Source: Atribacterota bacterium
GTDB lineage: Bacteria > Atribacterota > Phoenicimicrobiia > Phoenicimicrobiales > Stramentimicrobiaceae
NCBI GenBank assembly: GCA_040767965.1
Contig: JAXGNR010000007.1
Location: 96,001 to 160,000 of the forward strand
Length of the DNA stretch: 64,000 nt
Direction of reading: 5' to 3'
The translations under genes and the position numbers were made by a program. This document shows positions 30,999 to 41,075 of the stretch, piece after piece (position 1 is the stretch's first letter; each line of letters opens with the position of its first letter). Under the pieces are notes generated by a model. It worked only from the letters and a program-made list of their open reading frames with translations, searched no databases and was not told the DNA's origin.

Positions 30999-31089
30999 AT
31001 TTGGCCTCCATTATAATTAAATTATTTTATTTATATAAACACACATAAAAATAATTCATTCCAATTTCTTAAACTAAGATTATTATTTT

Positions 31090-31704
31090 TTATAGAAATT
31101 GAAAGAATCTTATCAGCTGAGCAATATTGGTAATTTCCACAACTTGCCAGTAATTTCCCATATTTACCATATTGATCTCAACCAAAAAATTAACATCATT
31201 TTTTTCATCATAATAGGTCAACCCAACTTCTGCCTGGTCATTCTTTATATTTGTATAATTAATGGTTTGATGATCCCATTTTCCCGGGTCTATTCTTTCT
31301 TTAATAATTTTTATGATAAAAGAGGAAATAGAGTTTTCTTCCTCAGAAGAAGCGTTTTGCCAGTTTCCAGTGGAAACATAATTAATAATTTCGCCTTTTA
31401 TTATTTCTTTAATATTTGGTTTTATTACTGAAAGCAAACTTCCGGTAATTTCATTTCGTATTTTATCCCATGTATTATCATTTTTTTCCTCTGGAGAGGT
31501 GTAATATTGCCATGCTTGAACTATAATACCATCTACAAAATTATCTAAATCAAGATATTTTTGAAAAGACCTTACATCCTGTTCTGAAATAGATTTATCT
31601 AGTTGCTGCAAAGAGTATTGGGGAGAAGAGATTATTCTCCAAAATATAAAAACAGAAATAACCAGTATAAGTAATAAAACAAAAATATAAGGCCATTTTT
31701 TCAT
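31090..31704 (-). CDS. Membrane-anchored hypothetical protein (DUF2939-like)
   Basis: N-terminal TM followed by SPQYSL...D...F.KYLD pattern. Confidence 0.55.
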   Translation of the reverse strand: MKKWPYIFVLLLILVISVFIFWRIISSPQYSLQQLDKSISEQDVRSFQKYLDLDNFVDGIIVQAWQYYTSPEEKNDNTWDKIRNEITGSLLSVIKPNIKEIIKGEIINYVSTGNWQNASSEEENSISSFIIKIIKERIDPGKWDHQTINYTNIKNDQAEVGLTYYDEKNDVNFLVEINMVNMGNYWQVVEITNIAQLIRFFQFL

Positions 31705-31762
31705 TTAGTACTCCTATACACCTTTCTTAAGAAAGAATATTATAAATTTTTAGAATAAACAG

Positions 31763-33838
31763 TTAAGAATTTTTCTCTATGCGGGCTGCACAAATTTTAA
31801 GTTCCGGTATTTTAGCAATTGGATCCAGGGCAGCGTTGGTAAGTATGTTGGCAGCTGCTTCTTCAAAATGAAATGGTACAAATATTAAACCTGGACTAAC
31901 TTTATGTGTTATATGTGCTTTAATACTTATTTCTCCCCTTCTGGTAATAATCTTAACCATTTCTTTATCTTCTATGTTTAGCATTTCTGCATCTTCTTTT
32001 GATATTTCCACATATCCTTCTGGGACACGCTGGTTTAAAGTTTTTGATCTTCTACTCATAGTGCCAGTATGAAAATGCCATAAATTTCTTCCTGTAGAAA
32101 GGGCAAAAGGATAATCCTGATCTGGCAACTCTGCCGGTCCTTTAAAAGTTATTGGAAAAAAGAAACCTTTACCTCTAGAAAATTTGCCATCTTTGTGCAA
32201 GTATATGGTGCCGGGATGATCTTCATCAAGACATGGCCATTGCAGGCCTTCTTCGTTTTTTTGCAATCTTTCCCATGTTATTCCTGCATAAATAGGTGTA
32301 ACACGGTTAACTTCTGATAATATCTCACCAACATTTTGATAATTTAATCCTGAATAACCCATTTTTTCAGCTATCAACCCAATTATTTGCCAGTCTGTTT
32401 TACTATTTCCAACAGGATCTATAGCCTTTCTAACCATCTGCACCCTTCTTTCAGTGCTGGTAAAAGTACCTTCTTTTTCTGCAAAAGATGCTGCCGGCAA
32501 AACAACATCTGCCAGCTTAGCTGTTGGAGTCATAAATATATCTTGTACTACTAAAAATGCTTTTTGCAATGCTTCTCTAACATGGTTGCTGTCAGGATCG
32601 CTCATTAATGGGTTTTCTCCCATAATAAATAGTGCTTTTAGATTACCATTTCTTGCCTCATGCATCATTTCCACAAGAGTTAAACCTATTTCGTCATCCA
32701 TATCATTCTGATCAATTTTCCATTCTGTAGCAAATTTTTGTTGAATTTCTTTATTGTTTACAGGCTGATATCCGGTAAATACATTAGGCAAAGCACCCAT
32801 ATCACATGCACCTTGAACATTGTTTTGTCCGCGCAAAGGATTTACACCAGTAGCCCATCTACCAACGTTTCCGCAAAGCATTTGCAGATTAGCAGTACTT
32901 TTAACATTATCAACTCCATTGGTATGCTGAGTAATACCCATTGAATAAACAAGATAAGTGGTTTTGCCCTTTCCAATAGCACGAGCTGTCTCAACTATTT
33001 TTTCTTCAGGAACACCCGTAATCAAAGAAGCTTTTTCAGGAGTCATTTTTAATACTTCTTCTTTAAACTCTTCAAAATTTTCACAGTATTTATTTATAAA
33101 TTCAACATTATGTAAATTTTCTTGAATAATGACATTCATTATACCATTCAATAAGGCTACATCAGTCCCGGGTCGATGATGCATAGCAATTCCATTATTA
33201 TCTTCTGCGAGCTCTGCTAGGGGTATCACCCGGGGATCAGCCACAATAAGTTTAGATCCTTTTTTAATTGCCTCGAGAATTCGTGCTCCTATCAAAGGAT
33301 GCTGTTCATTGGTATTTGAGCCAATTACAAAAATTACTTCAGCATCTACAATTTCATCAATAGAATTTGTCATAGCCCCGGAACCAAAAGAAGCTCCTAA
33401 TCCAGCAACAGTAGAAGAATGACATAATCTGGCACAATGATCAATATTGTTTGTTTTCAGAACTGCCCGGGCAAATTTTTGCATTACATAATTTTCTTCA
33501 TTGGTGCATTTTGCTGAACTTAAACATCCAATTGCCTTTTTATTATCTTTATTTTCTTCTTTAATCTTTTTAATTTTTTCAACAATATATTCTATAGCAG
33601 TATTCCAGCTGACAATTTTCCATTGTCCTTCATTATTTTTTATCATTGGTTCGGTTAATCGATCAGGATGATTGATAAATTCATGTACATTCCAACCTTT
33701 TATGCATAGCTTACCTCTTCCCGGGTTGAATGCAGGAGGCATAACTGGTTTTGTATCAACAACTTTTCCATTAATTGACTTAAGCAATAATTGACATCCT
33801 GTTCCGCAATATACACATGTTGTTTTGGTTTTGTTCAT
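31763..33838 (-). CDS. fdhF: Mo/W-bis-PGD formate dehydrogenase alpha subunit (Cys form)
   Basis: CVYCGTGC...C [4Fe-4S], DHCARLCHS active site, LRGQNNVQG; no Tat signal. Confidence 0.92.
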   Translation of the reverse strand: MNKTKTTCVYCGTGCQLLLKSINGKVVDTKPVMPPAFNPGRGKLCIKGWNVHEFINHPDRLTEPMIKNNEGQWKIVSWNTAIEYIVEKIKKIKEENKDNKKAIGCLSSAKCTNEENYVMQKFARAVLKTNNIDHCARLCHSSTVAGLGASFGSGAMTNSIDEIVDAEVIFVIGSNTNEQHPLIGARILEAIKKGSKLIVADPRVIPLAELAEDNNGIAMHHRPGTDVALLNGIMNVIIQENLHNVEFINKYCENFEEFKEEVLKMTPEKASLITGVPEEKIVETARAIGKGKTTYLVYSMGITQHTNGVDNVKSTANLQMLCGNVGRWATGVNPLRGQNNVQGACDMGALPNVFTGYQPVNNKEIQQKFATEWKIDQNDMDDEIGLTLVEMMHEARNGNLKALFIMGENPLMSDPDSNHVREALQKAFLVVQDIFMTPTAKLADVVLPAASFAEKEGTFTSTERRVQMVRKAIDPVGNSKTDWQIIGLIAEKMGYSGLNYQNVGEILSEVNRVTPIYAGITWERLQKNEEGLQWPCLDEDHPGTIYLHKDGKFSRGKGFFFPITFKGPAELPDQDYPFALSTGRNLWHFHTGTMSRRSKTLNQRVPEGYVEISKEDAEMLNIEDKEMVKIITRRGEISIKAHITHKVSPGLIFVPFHFEEAAANILTNAALDPIAKIPELKICAARIEKNS

Positions 33839-33856
33839 TTTTTATCCTCCTTTTAC

Positions 33857-34738
33857 TTATATCTTTAACTCAAGTGAGGTTTTGATTCTATGAAGATTAT
33901 ATCCAATATCCTCAAAAGACCTTCCCATTGCCAATGCCAGCAATTCGATTGCGTATAATACTGGTATCGGGTTTTCTTTTAGTTCCGGAAAATCTCTGGC
34001 AGCAATAAATTGACCAGTATCAAATTGGGTAAAACAAGAAGGGCAAGAAGTGCTTAAAATTTGAGCTCCAGATATCTGTGCATCTTCAAGCTTACTTTTA
34101 ATACAGTTATTGGAAGCTTCTTTTTCTCCTGCCAGACTCAGGGAAACGCCACAGCAATCATTTTTGGTGAGGTAATCTATTGGTATAGCCCCTAGTGTTT
34201 CTATAAACATATCATAAAACTCAGGGTCTACAGGATTATCAAATTTAAGTATTTCATTAGGCATTAGAATATGGCAGCCTGCATGGCCAGCCACTTTTAA
34301 TCCTGTTAAAGGAGTTTTTATCATTTTTCTTAGATTCTCCAAACCAACATCTTCTTTTAAAACTTGTAAAAAATGTTTTATTTTTACTGTTCCTTTAAAT
34401 TCTTTCCCAATTTCTTGTAAAATTTCATTTACTTTATCTTTTAAGTTTGAATTATTTTTTAGTTTATGATTAGCAATTGCCAAAGTATTTTCGCAGCCAT
34501 TACAAAGGGTCATTATATTCATTTGTTTTTCTTCTGCAATTACAATATTACGGGCTGCAGTAACAAGCCAAAATAATTGATTGGCTCCTTGTATCCTAAT
34601 GGGGTCAGGGCAGCAGGTAAATTCATCCGTTTCAGTTAAGTTTATCCCTATCTCCGGCAATATCTCTAAAGATAATTTTTCTATATTTGGCAAGCTGGCT
34701 GGAATTGTGCAACCTTTAAAAAACAAATAATTTAACAT
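33857..34738 (-). CDS. hdrB: Heterodisulfide reductase subunit B-like (two CCG domains)
   Basis: GC..., CCP, CNGC, HAGCH, CCG, CPSCF.QFD. Confidence 0.85.
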   Translation of the reverse strand: MLNYLFFKGCTIPASLPNIEKLSLEILPEIGINLTETDEFTCCPDPIRIQGANQLFWLVTAARNIVIAEEKQMNIMTLCNGCENTLAIANHKLKNNSNLKDKVNEILQEIGKEFKGTVKIKHFLQVLKEDVGLENLRKMIKTPLTGLKVAGHAGCHILMPNEILKFDNPVDPEFYDMFIETLGAIPIDYLTKNDCCGVSLSLAGEKEASNNCIKSKLEDAQISGAQILSTSCPSCFTQFDTGQFIAARDFPELKENPIPVLYAIELLALAMGRSFEDIGYNLHRIKTSLELKI

Positions 34739-35223
34739 TTTGTTTTACCTTCCTCTTGCAATAAGCCGGTTTTCTTTGCAATAACTTTTAATTCTTCACT
34801 GGCTTTTTCATTCTGTGTAAGCTCTTTCAGACCTGCTCTTTTTCTAGCCATATTTGCAAATTTTATACCATAAACAGTAGTTTCCAGCAAAAGTTGTTCA
34901 ATTAAACGATATACAATAGCTGGAGCCAATCCTTCCTGATAGGCCTTTTCTTTTAAATTAGTGAAAGCTTCAGTAGGATTAGTATCTTGCGGGCAGATAA
35001 TCACACATTTTTCACAAGCACAACACATCCAGACATCATGCAAGGCTTCTGGTTTTTCCGCCTCAAATAGCTGGGTAACAAAAGAATCCTCTATGTTATA
35101 ACGTTTTACAAATTGCGTGATAGGACAGAATTTCGAGCAAGCTGAACATTTAAAGCATACTTCAATTGATTTGTCTTTTTTTATCAGATCATTCTTCTCA
35201 TATTTCAACCTTAATACTTCCAT
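34732..35223 (-). CDS. hdrC: Heterodisulfide reductase subunit C-like 2[4Fe-4S] protein
   Basis: CFKCSACSKFCP and W.CCACEKC...CP; overlaps the hdrB start. Confidence 0.8.
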   Translation of the reverse strand: MEVLRLKYEKNDLIKKDKSIEVCFKCSACSKFCPITQFVKRYNIEDSFVTQLFEAEKPEALHDVWMCCACEKCVIICPQDTNPTEAFTNLKEKAYQEGLAPAIVYRLIEQLLLETTVYGIKFANMARKRAGLKELTQNEKASEELKVIAKKTGLLQEEGKTKC

Positions 35224-35378
35224 AGGTTTACTCCTGTTCTAATCAGTTGGAAATTACATATCTTTTTGACTTATAGTTTTTAGTAACAGTATTTATTCTA
35301 ACAAATTCAAGTACATTTTTTATCAAGAAAATAAATACTTTATTTTCTCAAATATTTTTTAAATTGTGAATATTTAAT

Positions 35379-35423
35379 AGTCAAAAGCAGATTAGTTATT
35401 GATATACTAATCTGCTTTTGACT
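35379..35423 (-). terminator. Hairpin/terminator downstream of the CMD gene
   Basis: 18-bp inverted repeat AGTCAAAAGCAGATTAGT...ACTAATCTGCTTTTGACT. Confidence 0.7.
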
Positions 35424-35528
35424 TCTTATAATAATTATTAACATCACAAACTAAAACTATTACATACATTCGTCCAGTAAATTAACATATATAAATAGTT
35501 TAATTGCTAATTATTTATATTAAGAGTT

Positions 35529-35864
35529 TTATTTAACCCCTAGATCGTCAAGTAAAGGTAGCAACTCGGTTGCTGTATAGGCTACAGCTGGACCTCCGCC
35601 CATGAATACTGCTACACTGGCAGCTTCTAATATCTCAGCTCGGGAAGCGCCAGCTTTTGCACATTCAGCACCATGAAATTGAATACATGGTTTACATCTG
35701 ATTGCTATTCCGATTGCTAAAGCCATTAATTCTTTAGCTTTATGACTAAGAACGCCATCTTTTACACATTCTTGATCTAATTTCATAAAAGAACTCATTA
35801 TATTAGGCATTTCTTTACCCATCTGACCCATTTGAGATTCTAATTTTTTTAATTCTTCACTCAT
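35529..35864 (-). CDS. Carboxymuconolactone decarboxylase/AhpD family protein
   Basis: KELMALAIGIAIRCKPCIQFH (E-x-CxxC-x-H), MGGGP. Confidence 0.88.
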   Translation of the reverse strand: MSEELKKLESQMGQMGKEMPNIMSSFMKLDQECVKDGVLSHKAKELMALAIGIAIRCKPCIQFHGAECAKAGASRAEILEAASVAVFMGGGPAVAYTATELLPLLDDLGVK

Positions 35865-35929
35865 TTGTATTCCTCCTATTTTTAGAAATATAATTTCTTA
35901 ATTATATAATTTAACCACTTTATTTTCAA

Positions 35930-37660
35930 TTAATTGCTAACTCTAACCAAATTAACATAAACAGAGGTAGCCTGGTTTGGGTAAACACTAATCTCATCCA
36001 ACCATGTTCTGAAGCCATCTTTTATAACTGCTATTTCATAAATTCCCTGTTCTAAATCATCAATAATTCTGGTTTGATTAATAGAGGTGGTTGTTTTATA
36101 GACACCATTGATAAATATCCTGGCATTGTTTTCATTACAACTAATAGCTATTGAGCCGTTTCTCTGTTCTTGCTGCATTCTGATGTTGATGCTATTCGTT
36201 TGACCAGCATTTATCCTGATAGATGAACTGAAATCTTGATACCCTTCTTTTGTTAATGTCAGTTTATAAGATCCCTCTTCAAGATCATTAATAATAATCC
36301 TCCTGTTGCTAGCTGTTCTCCCGTAGTAAATATCATCCAGATAAACCATAGCATTGTCCACATTACTAATTACTTCCAAATTGCCGGTTCTTAAAGCCCT
36401 TTCAAGATTTACATTTAATTGTACTCTCTGGTTAGGTCTTAATTGTATTGATTGTGACCATTCAATATATCCATCCAGGGTAATTCTAATATCATGGTAC
36501 CCTTCCGGTATATTCTCCAATAGAATATTTTTATTTCTTTCTGTTTGCCCTTTGTACTGTCCATCAAGATAAATTCTGGCATTATCTACATTTGAACGAA
36601 TTACAATACTGCCTGTCTGAACAATCCTGTCCATGTTTATATTTAGCTGTAATCTTTGGTTAGGCCTTACCTGGATCCTTTGGTTCCAATCCTGATAACC
36701 GTCTAATGTAACCATCAGGTCATGAAAACCGTCAGTTATATTATCCAGAATAACATTTGCATTTCTTTCAGTGCGCCCTTTGTATTGTCCATCAAGATAA
36801 ATTCTGGCATTTTCTACATTTGAACGAATTACAATACTGCCAAATTGCTGTATCATTTCTAGATCAGCATGCATAGTTGTAGCTCTATTAGGATTAATCC
36901 GAACTGTTCTGCTCCATGGTTGATAACCTGGAATCTCAACTCTCATCAGATATTCTCCAGCCCGGACCTGGTCTAAAGATAATGGAGTCTTCCCGGCATA
37001 ACGATCACTTAGGTAAACATCAGCTCCTGATGGACTTGAACTTATTCTTAATTGACCATTTTCACTTCTTCTGTCAATTACCTGATAATGAATTGTTTCA
37101 CTGCTGACCCATTCGTTTGAAGATAATCCTAATAAAATTCCCCTTATTCTTAATGTAAATCTGCTTATTCCTTGCTCTACTATTGGATTATTCTCACTGG
37201 AAAGCCTTCTTTCCAGTTCTCGGGTTAAAATAATTTGTTCAGTTGTTGCAAATCCCTGTATATATTCAATTCCTGGAAGAGAAGCTCTGTCAATAACACC
37301 ATCAATAGAATACTCCTGGTTAGCTCTTACATAATTATCTCTTTGAAATTGGTTTGGGAATAACATCCGAATATTACCACTGGCATCATAGCCGAAAATA
37401 GTTACATAAGAATTTTTTGTTGATCTAAAATAGACGCTAATTCTTTCCCCGGCAGAATAAGTAGCTCCGGCACCTTTATCCAGTCTCAAGGATAAAGTAA
37501 AATCTGGTCTGGGATTAATAATTTGAATGCTTCTTTTTAACTCTTCCTGGGCATTTCCTGCCAGCACTATTGAACTACTTATTAAAATAATCAATAGAAA
37601 TATATAGAAATATTTAAAAAACGAAACACTATTGTGTTCACTGTTATTTATTAGTTTCAT
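35930..37660 (-). CDS. Secreted DUF4384-like domain + five PEGA repeats (S-layer-like surface protein)
   Basis: Signal/TM; Y..GE.I...F...YV.IF..D..G....LFPN; five G.(I/L).I.S....A.(I/V)Y(L/I)(D/N) repeats. Confidence 0.82.
   Translation of the reverse strand: MKLINNSEHNSVSFFKYFYIFLLIILISSSIVLAGNAQEELKRSIQIINPRPDFTLSLRLDKGAGATYSAGERISVYFRSTKNSYVTIFGYDASGNIRMLFPNQFQRDNYVRANQEYSIDGVIDRASLPGIEYIQGFATTEQIILTRELERRLSSENNPIVEQGISRFTLRIRGILLGLSSNEWVSSETIHYQVIDRRSENGQLRISSSPSGADVYLSDRYAGKTPLSLDQVRAGEYLMRVEIPGYQPWSRTVRINPNRATTMHADLEMIQQFGSIVIRSNVENARIYLDGQYKGRTERNANVILDNITDGFHDLMVTLDGYQDWNQRIQVRPNQRLQLNINMDRIVQTGSIVIRSNVDNARIYLDGQYKGQTERNKNILLENIPEGYHDIRITLDGYIEWSQSIQLRPNQRVQLNVNLERALRTGNLEVISNVDNAMVYLDDIYYGRTASNRRIIINDLEEGSYKLTLTKEGYQDFSSSIRINAGQTNSINIRMQQEQRNGSIAISCNENNARIFINGVYKTTTSINQTRIIDDLEQGIYEIAVIKDGFRTWLDEISVYPNQATSVYVNLVRVSN
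36547..36841. repeat. 67-bp direct repeat (36547-36613 and 36775-36841; 2 mismatches; 228-bp period) within PEGA repeats 2 and 3
   Basis: Direct alignment of the two copies. Confidence 0.9.
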
Positions 37661-37966
37661 TACTTTCCTCCTTATAAAATATTCTTTACTTACAGAACAA
37701 TCACTATTCTTTTAGTATAAATTATATCATAGATTTATATCCATTCCTAATTCCTAATTCCTTTTTTTCTTTATTATTTATTAAAATATAATAAACTGTT
37801 ATCAGGTACTTATTTTTACAAATCCTATATTGTAAATATCTATAAATTTACAAAAATTATTTAATTTTTTTGTTTTTCAATAAGAGTATATGAAGAATAT
37901 AGAGTAATGAATTTTCTGAAAGCCTTATTATTTAAGTAAAAACAGGCATTTTAAAAGATAAAATTA

Positions 37967-37995
37967 TTGACAAAGTCTTTTATTTTTACTATTCT
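37967..37995 (+). promoter_or_regulatory. Sigma70-type promoter of HU
   Basis: TTGACA-17 bp-TATTCT. Confidence 0.65.
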
Positions 37996-38081
37996 GAATG
38001 TAATGTTATTTATGAATAACTTGATTATTTATAATTGCTTAAGTGATCTTTATTTTTCATTTAAGAAAGGAGGTGTTATTT

Positions 38082-38357
38082 TTGAATAAAAGCGAATTAA
38101 TTGATAAAGTTGCATGCGACCGAGGTGTTACAAAAGCACATGCAAAAGCTGCAGTAGAATGTGTATTTGAAAGTATTGCTGAGGCATTAGCCAAAAAAGA
38201 TTCTGTAAGGTTAGTTGGTTTTGGTACTTTTGGAGTAAGAGAAAGAGCTGCTAGGACTGCCCGTAATCCCAGGACAGGAGAAAACATTTCTTTACCAGAA
38301 GCAAGCGTCCCATTTTTTAAACCTGGTAAGGAGTTAAAGGAAAGAATTAACCAATAA
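38082..38357 (+). CDS. hup: DNA-binding protein HU
   Basis: NKSELI...GFGTF...RAARTARNPRTGE...PFFKPGKELK; TTG start behind AAAGGAGGTG. Confidence 0.95.
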   Translation: MNKSELIDKVACDRGVTKAHAKAAVECVFESIAEALAKKDSVRLVGFGTFGVRERAARTARNPRTGENISLPEASVPFFKPGKELKERINQ

Positions 38358-38385
38358 ATAAGCAGATAATAATTTATAATATTTT

Positions 38386-38427
38386 AAAAAACAGGTTTGC
38401 CAAATTTTAACAAACCTGTTTTTTTTT
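38386..38427. terminator. Bidirectional terminator between HU and Asp23
   Basis: AAAAAACAGGTTTG...CAAACCTGTTTTTTTTT. Confidence 0.8.
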
Positions 38428-38441
38428 ATTGATATCAATTT

Positions 38442-38918
38442 TTAATTTTTATTATTTTTTTTGGATATCTGAATACCCATTACATTCACATCTACAGACT
38501 GGACAGCAATTCCAGTATTTTTTTCTATCTCTTTTTTTAATAAAGATTGAATATTTTTTGCAACTTCAATGATAGTTGAACCATACTCAATTACCACGGA
38601 AATATAAGTTGACATAGTTTTATTATTAATCAAATCAACTTTTATTCCTTCTTCTGTTTCTTTCACACCAAGCAATGTCCCGATTCCGCTTTTGGAACCA
38701 GATACCAGGCCTACTACTCCTTTTGTATTTATAACAATTCGGCTTACGATATTTGCTAAAACTTCAGGTGCAATTTTTATTTCTCCCAGATCTTCCGTAT
38801 TATCCTTAATAACAATATCTTTTTTTAATTGAGATTTGCCGGTATTTTTATTTTTTTCTTCCTTAATTACAGTCTTTTCTTTTTCTTCTTTATAAGAAGA
38901 ACTTTTCTCTTCTTGCAT
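38442..38918 (-). CDS. Asp23/Gls24 family envelope stress response protein
   Basis: GEIKIAPEV...GIKV...EYG..I..VAKNIQ...TG..V..VDVNV.GI; charged N-terminal extension. Confidence 0.85.
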   Translation of the reverse strand: MQEEKSSSYKEEKEKTVIKEEKNKNTGKSQLKKDIVIKDNTEDLGEIKIAPEVLANIVSRIVINTKGVVGLVSGSKSGIGTLLGVKETEEGIKVDLINNKTMSTYISVVIEYGSTIIEVAKNIQSLLKKEIEKNTGIAVQSVDVNVMGIQISKKNNKN

Positions 38919-38982
38919 AGCACTTTCTCCTTCATTTGCAACTTGCTAATTTAATGTATGTCTATAAATAATTATTTAAATA

Positions 38983-39243
38983 TCAACTGGGGGTGACCAA
39001 GAATTTTATAGCTGTTCTTTCATCACCATCAATTTCAACATCCACAAATGCCGGGACACACACCAAATCGATACCACTAGTTGCAGTATAGCCCCTAGCA
39101 ATAGCAATCGCTTTAACTGCTTGATTAACCGCCCCTGCTCCAATAGCTTGCAACTCCACTTTCCCTTCTTCTCTAATAACCCCAGCTAAAGCACCTGCAA
39201 CAGCTTTTGGGCTGGATTTTGAAGAAACCTTCAATAATTCCAT
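38983..39243 (-). CDS. spoVS: Stage V sporulation protein S family
   Basis: LKVSSKSSPKAVAGALAG...AIGAGAVNQAVKAIAIARG. Confidence 0.93.
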   Translation of the reverse strand: MELLKVSSKSSPKAVAGALAGVIREEGKVELQAIGAGAVNQAVKAIAIARGYTATSGIDLVCVPAFVDVEIDGDERTAIKFLVTPS

Positions 39244-39613
39244 TAAAACCTCCTAAACTATATCTCAACCGCTATACAGCTATCAAATTATTTCTTTATT
39301 GTTATATTTATTCTAAGTTTATAATTTTACTTTATTTTTGTCTTTTAATTATAATTTGTGTTAGTTTTTTTCACCTCCTTTTTGTTAGGGCAAAATAGAA
39401 GGAAAATATGGCAAGAAACAATATTTTTATTTTTTAAATGTTATAAAATAAAATAACAATTGACTTTAAGAGTTTGATTATTAGTATACTTTAAGTATGC
39501 TTTATGCTTAGATTATAACAAATTTATAATATAAAGAATAGAGATTAAATAAATTTATAATATAATAATGATATTTTCTAAGCCATACCCAATATCCTGA
39601 TATTTTGAATCTC

Positions 39614-40993
39614 CTAAATTTTATAATTTTTAATTATTTTTTTTAATTCATAATATTGTTGTTCATTGATGTTTGGCGAAAAATAAGGCATCAAGGCATC
39701 ATTATGCAAAACAGGATCAACTGGTTCTTCCCACCCATATTCTAAAAGTGCTTCCCCCCAGATTTTAGTGCCTGGTATAGGAGAATATTTTGCCAAATAT
39801 GGCTTTATGCCTGTTTTAAATACAAAATTAATAGAATCTAATACACTATTATATCTTTGACCCGGTAATCCTACCAACACATAAGCATTAACTTGCCTGC
39901 TGGAGAAACCTGCATTTAATAAATTTTTTATTGCTTTTTCAAAATCAGCATTATTAATCTTACCACCTGTGTTTTCCTGAAAAACACAATCTGAACTTTC
40001 AAATCCAAGCCAGATGCTTTTAAAATTATTTGCATACATTAATTCTGCTGTATCCTTATCAATCAAAGCAGCATGTAAGGCATTAGGAGTGTGGAAGGAT
40101 ATTTTCAGGTTTAACTGCAGTAATTTTTGCATAATAGGAATGAAGTGCTTGCTGGAGTTAATCAATAACGCATCATCATAAAATACAAAATCTTTTACAC
40201 CTCTTATATCAAACCAATATTTTATCTCTGCTACTATTTTAGAAGGTTCGCGAAAATTTAAAACAGGATTAATCAAGTTTGATGCGCAATAACTACAGCT
40301 ATAAGGACAGCCTATCCCGCTTACCAGACATATATAGTCTAAATTATGGTAGAGATCCCATGCTGGAAATGGATAACTATTAAAATTCTTTGCAATGTTT
40401 TTATCTGAGCAATTTTTTGAGTGTTTATGCAGAATATCTTCTAACAATTTTAATAATCTAATTATTGAAGATCCTTTTAAAGTATAATCAGCACCGGAAT
40501 AATGTTGAGCATGCTCATTACAGAGAGTAGCATAAATTCCACCTAAAATTATTGGACTGCCAGGGAAAATGTCTTTTGCTAATTTAATAACTTCAAAAAC
40601 TCCCGGATACCAGTAAGTCATTACAGATGTAATTAAAATTGCATCAGGCTTATTTAGCTTTTTTAATTTGTTATAAAATATATTTTTTGTAATACCATAT
40701 TGGTAATAATTACGGGGAATAGACTTTAGAATTTTCGGCTTTTCTACTTTTTCTTTTTGAAAAGCTCCTGTTCCAAACCGTTTATTCCTAGAGGGTGTTT
40801 TTCCTTGCCACCTTAATAGATCAGCATCATAACGATCCATGCAATCAATGAAATTAATCTGATAGCCTAGCTCTCTCAATATTGAAGCAATATACAGTAA
40901 ACCCAAAGGTTTTGACCAAAAATCAAAAGCAGTAAAATCATATATCCAGGGATTGATAAGAAGAAGTCGGGGCTTTTTCCGAGATAAAAACAA
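39614..40993 (-). CDS. B12-binding domain radical SAM protein
   Basis: PLGLLYIAS, ILGGIYAT, GCPYSCSYC (CxxxCxxC). Probable TTG start at 40993 behind GAAGGTGA; the ORF track gives 41038. Confidence 0.85.
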   Translation of the reverse strand: MFLSRKKPRLLLINPWIYDFTAFDFWSKPLGLLYIASILRELGYQINFIDCMDRYDADLLRWQGKTPSRNKRFGTGAFQKEKVEKPKILKSIPRNYYQYGITKNIFYNKLKKLNKPDAILITSVMTYWYPGVFEVIKLAKDIFPGSPIILGGIYATLCNEHAQHYSGADYTLKGSSIIRLLKLLEDILHKHSKNCSDKNIAKNFNSYPFPAWDLYHNLDYICLVSGIGCPYSCSYCASNLINPVLNFREPSKIVAEIKYWFDIRGVKDFVFYDDALLINSSKHFIPIMQKLLQLNLKISFHTPNALHAALIDKDTAELMYANNFKSIWLGFESSDCVFQENTGGKINNADFEKAIKNLLNAGFSSRQVNAYVLVGLPGQRYNSVLDSINFVFKTGIKPYLAKYSPIPGTKIWGEALLEYGWEEPVDPVLHNDALMPYFSPNINEQQYYELKKIIKNYKI

Positions 40994-41075
40994 ATAAATC
41001 ACCTTCTTTTGCTCTCTAAAATATATCCATGATAGCATTTTTTATAAAATTTTAAATAAGAAAACAAGATATTTT

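Noticed and set aside
33415-33440. Selenocysteine recoding in formate dehydrogenase
   Set aside because: The active-site codon is TGT (CARLCH); there is no in-frame TGA.
36547-36841. Diversity-generating retroelement TR/VR pair
   Set aside because: Both mismatches do fall on coding-strand adenines, but there are only two, both copies are in-frame domains of one gene, and no reverse transcriptase is in the window.
37743-37761. ATTCCTA tandem repeat, about 3 copies
   Set aside because: Too short and low-complexity to support a function.
38983-39243. spoVS as evidence of sporulation
   Set aside because: SpoVS occurs in many non-sporulating bacteria, and no other sporulation genes are present here.
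39520-39565. 15-bp direct repeat AAATTTATAATATAA, 31 bp apart
   Set aside because: Purely A/T in a very AT-rich spacer, so plausibly chance; not a CRISPR array or iteron set.
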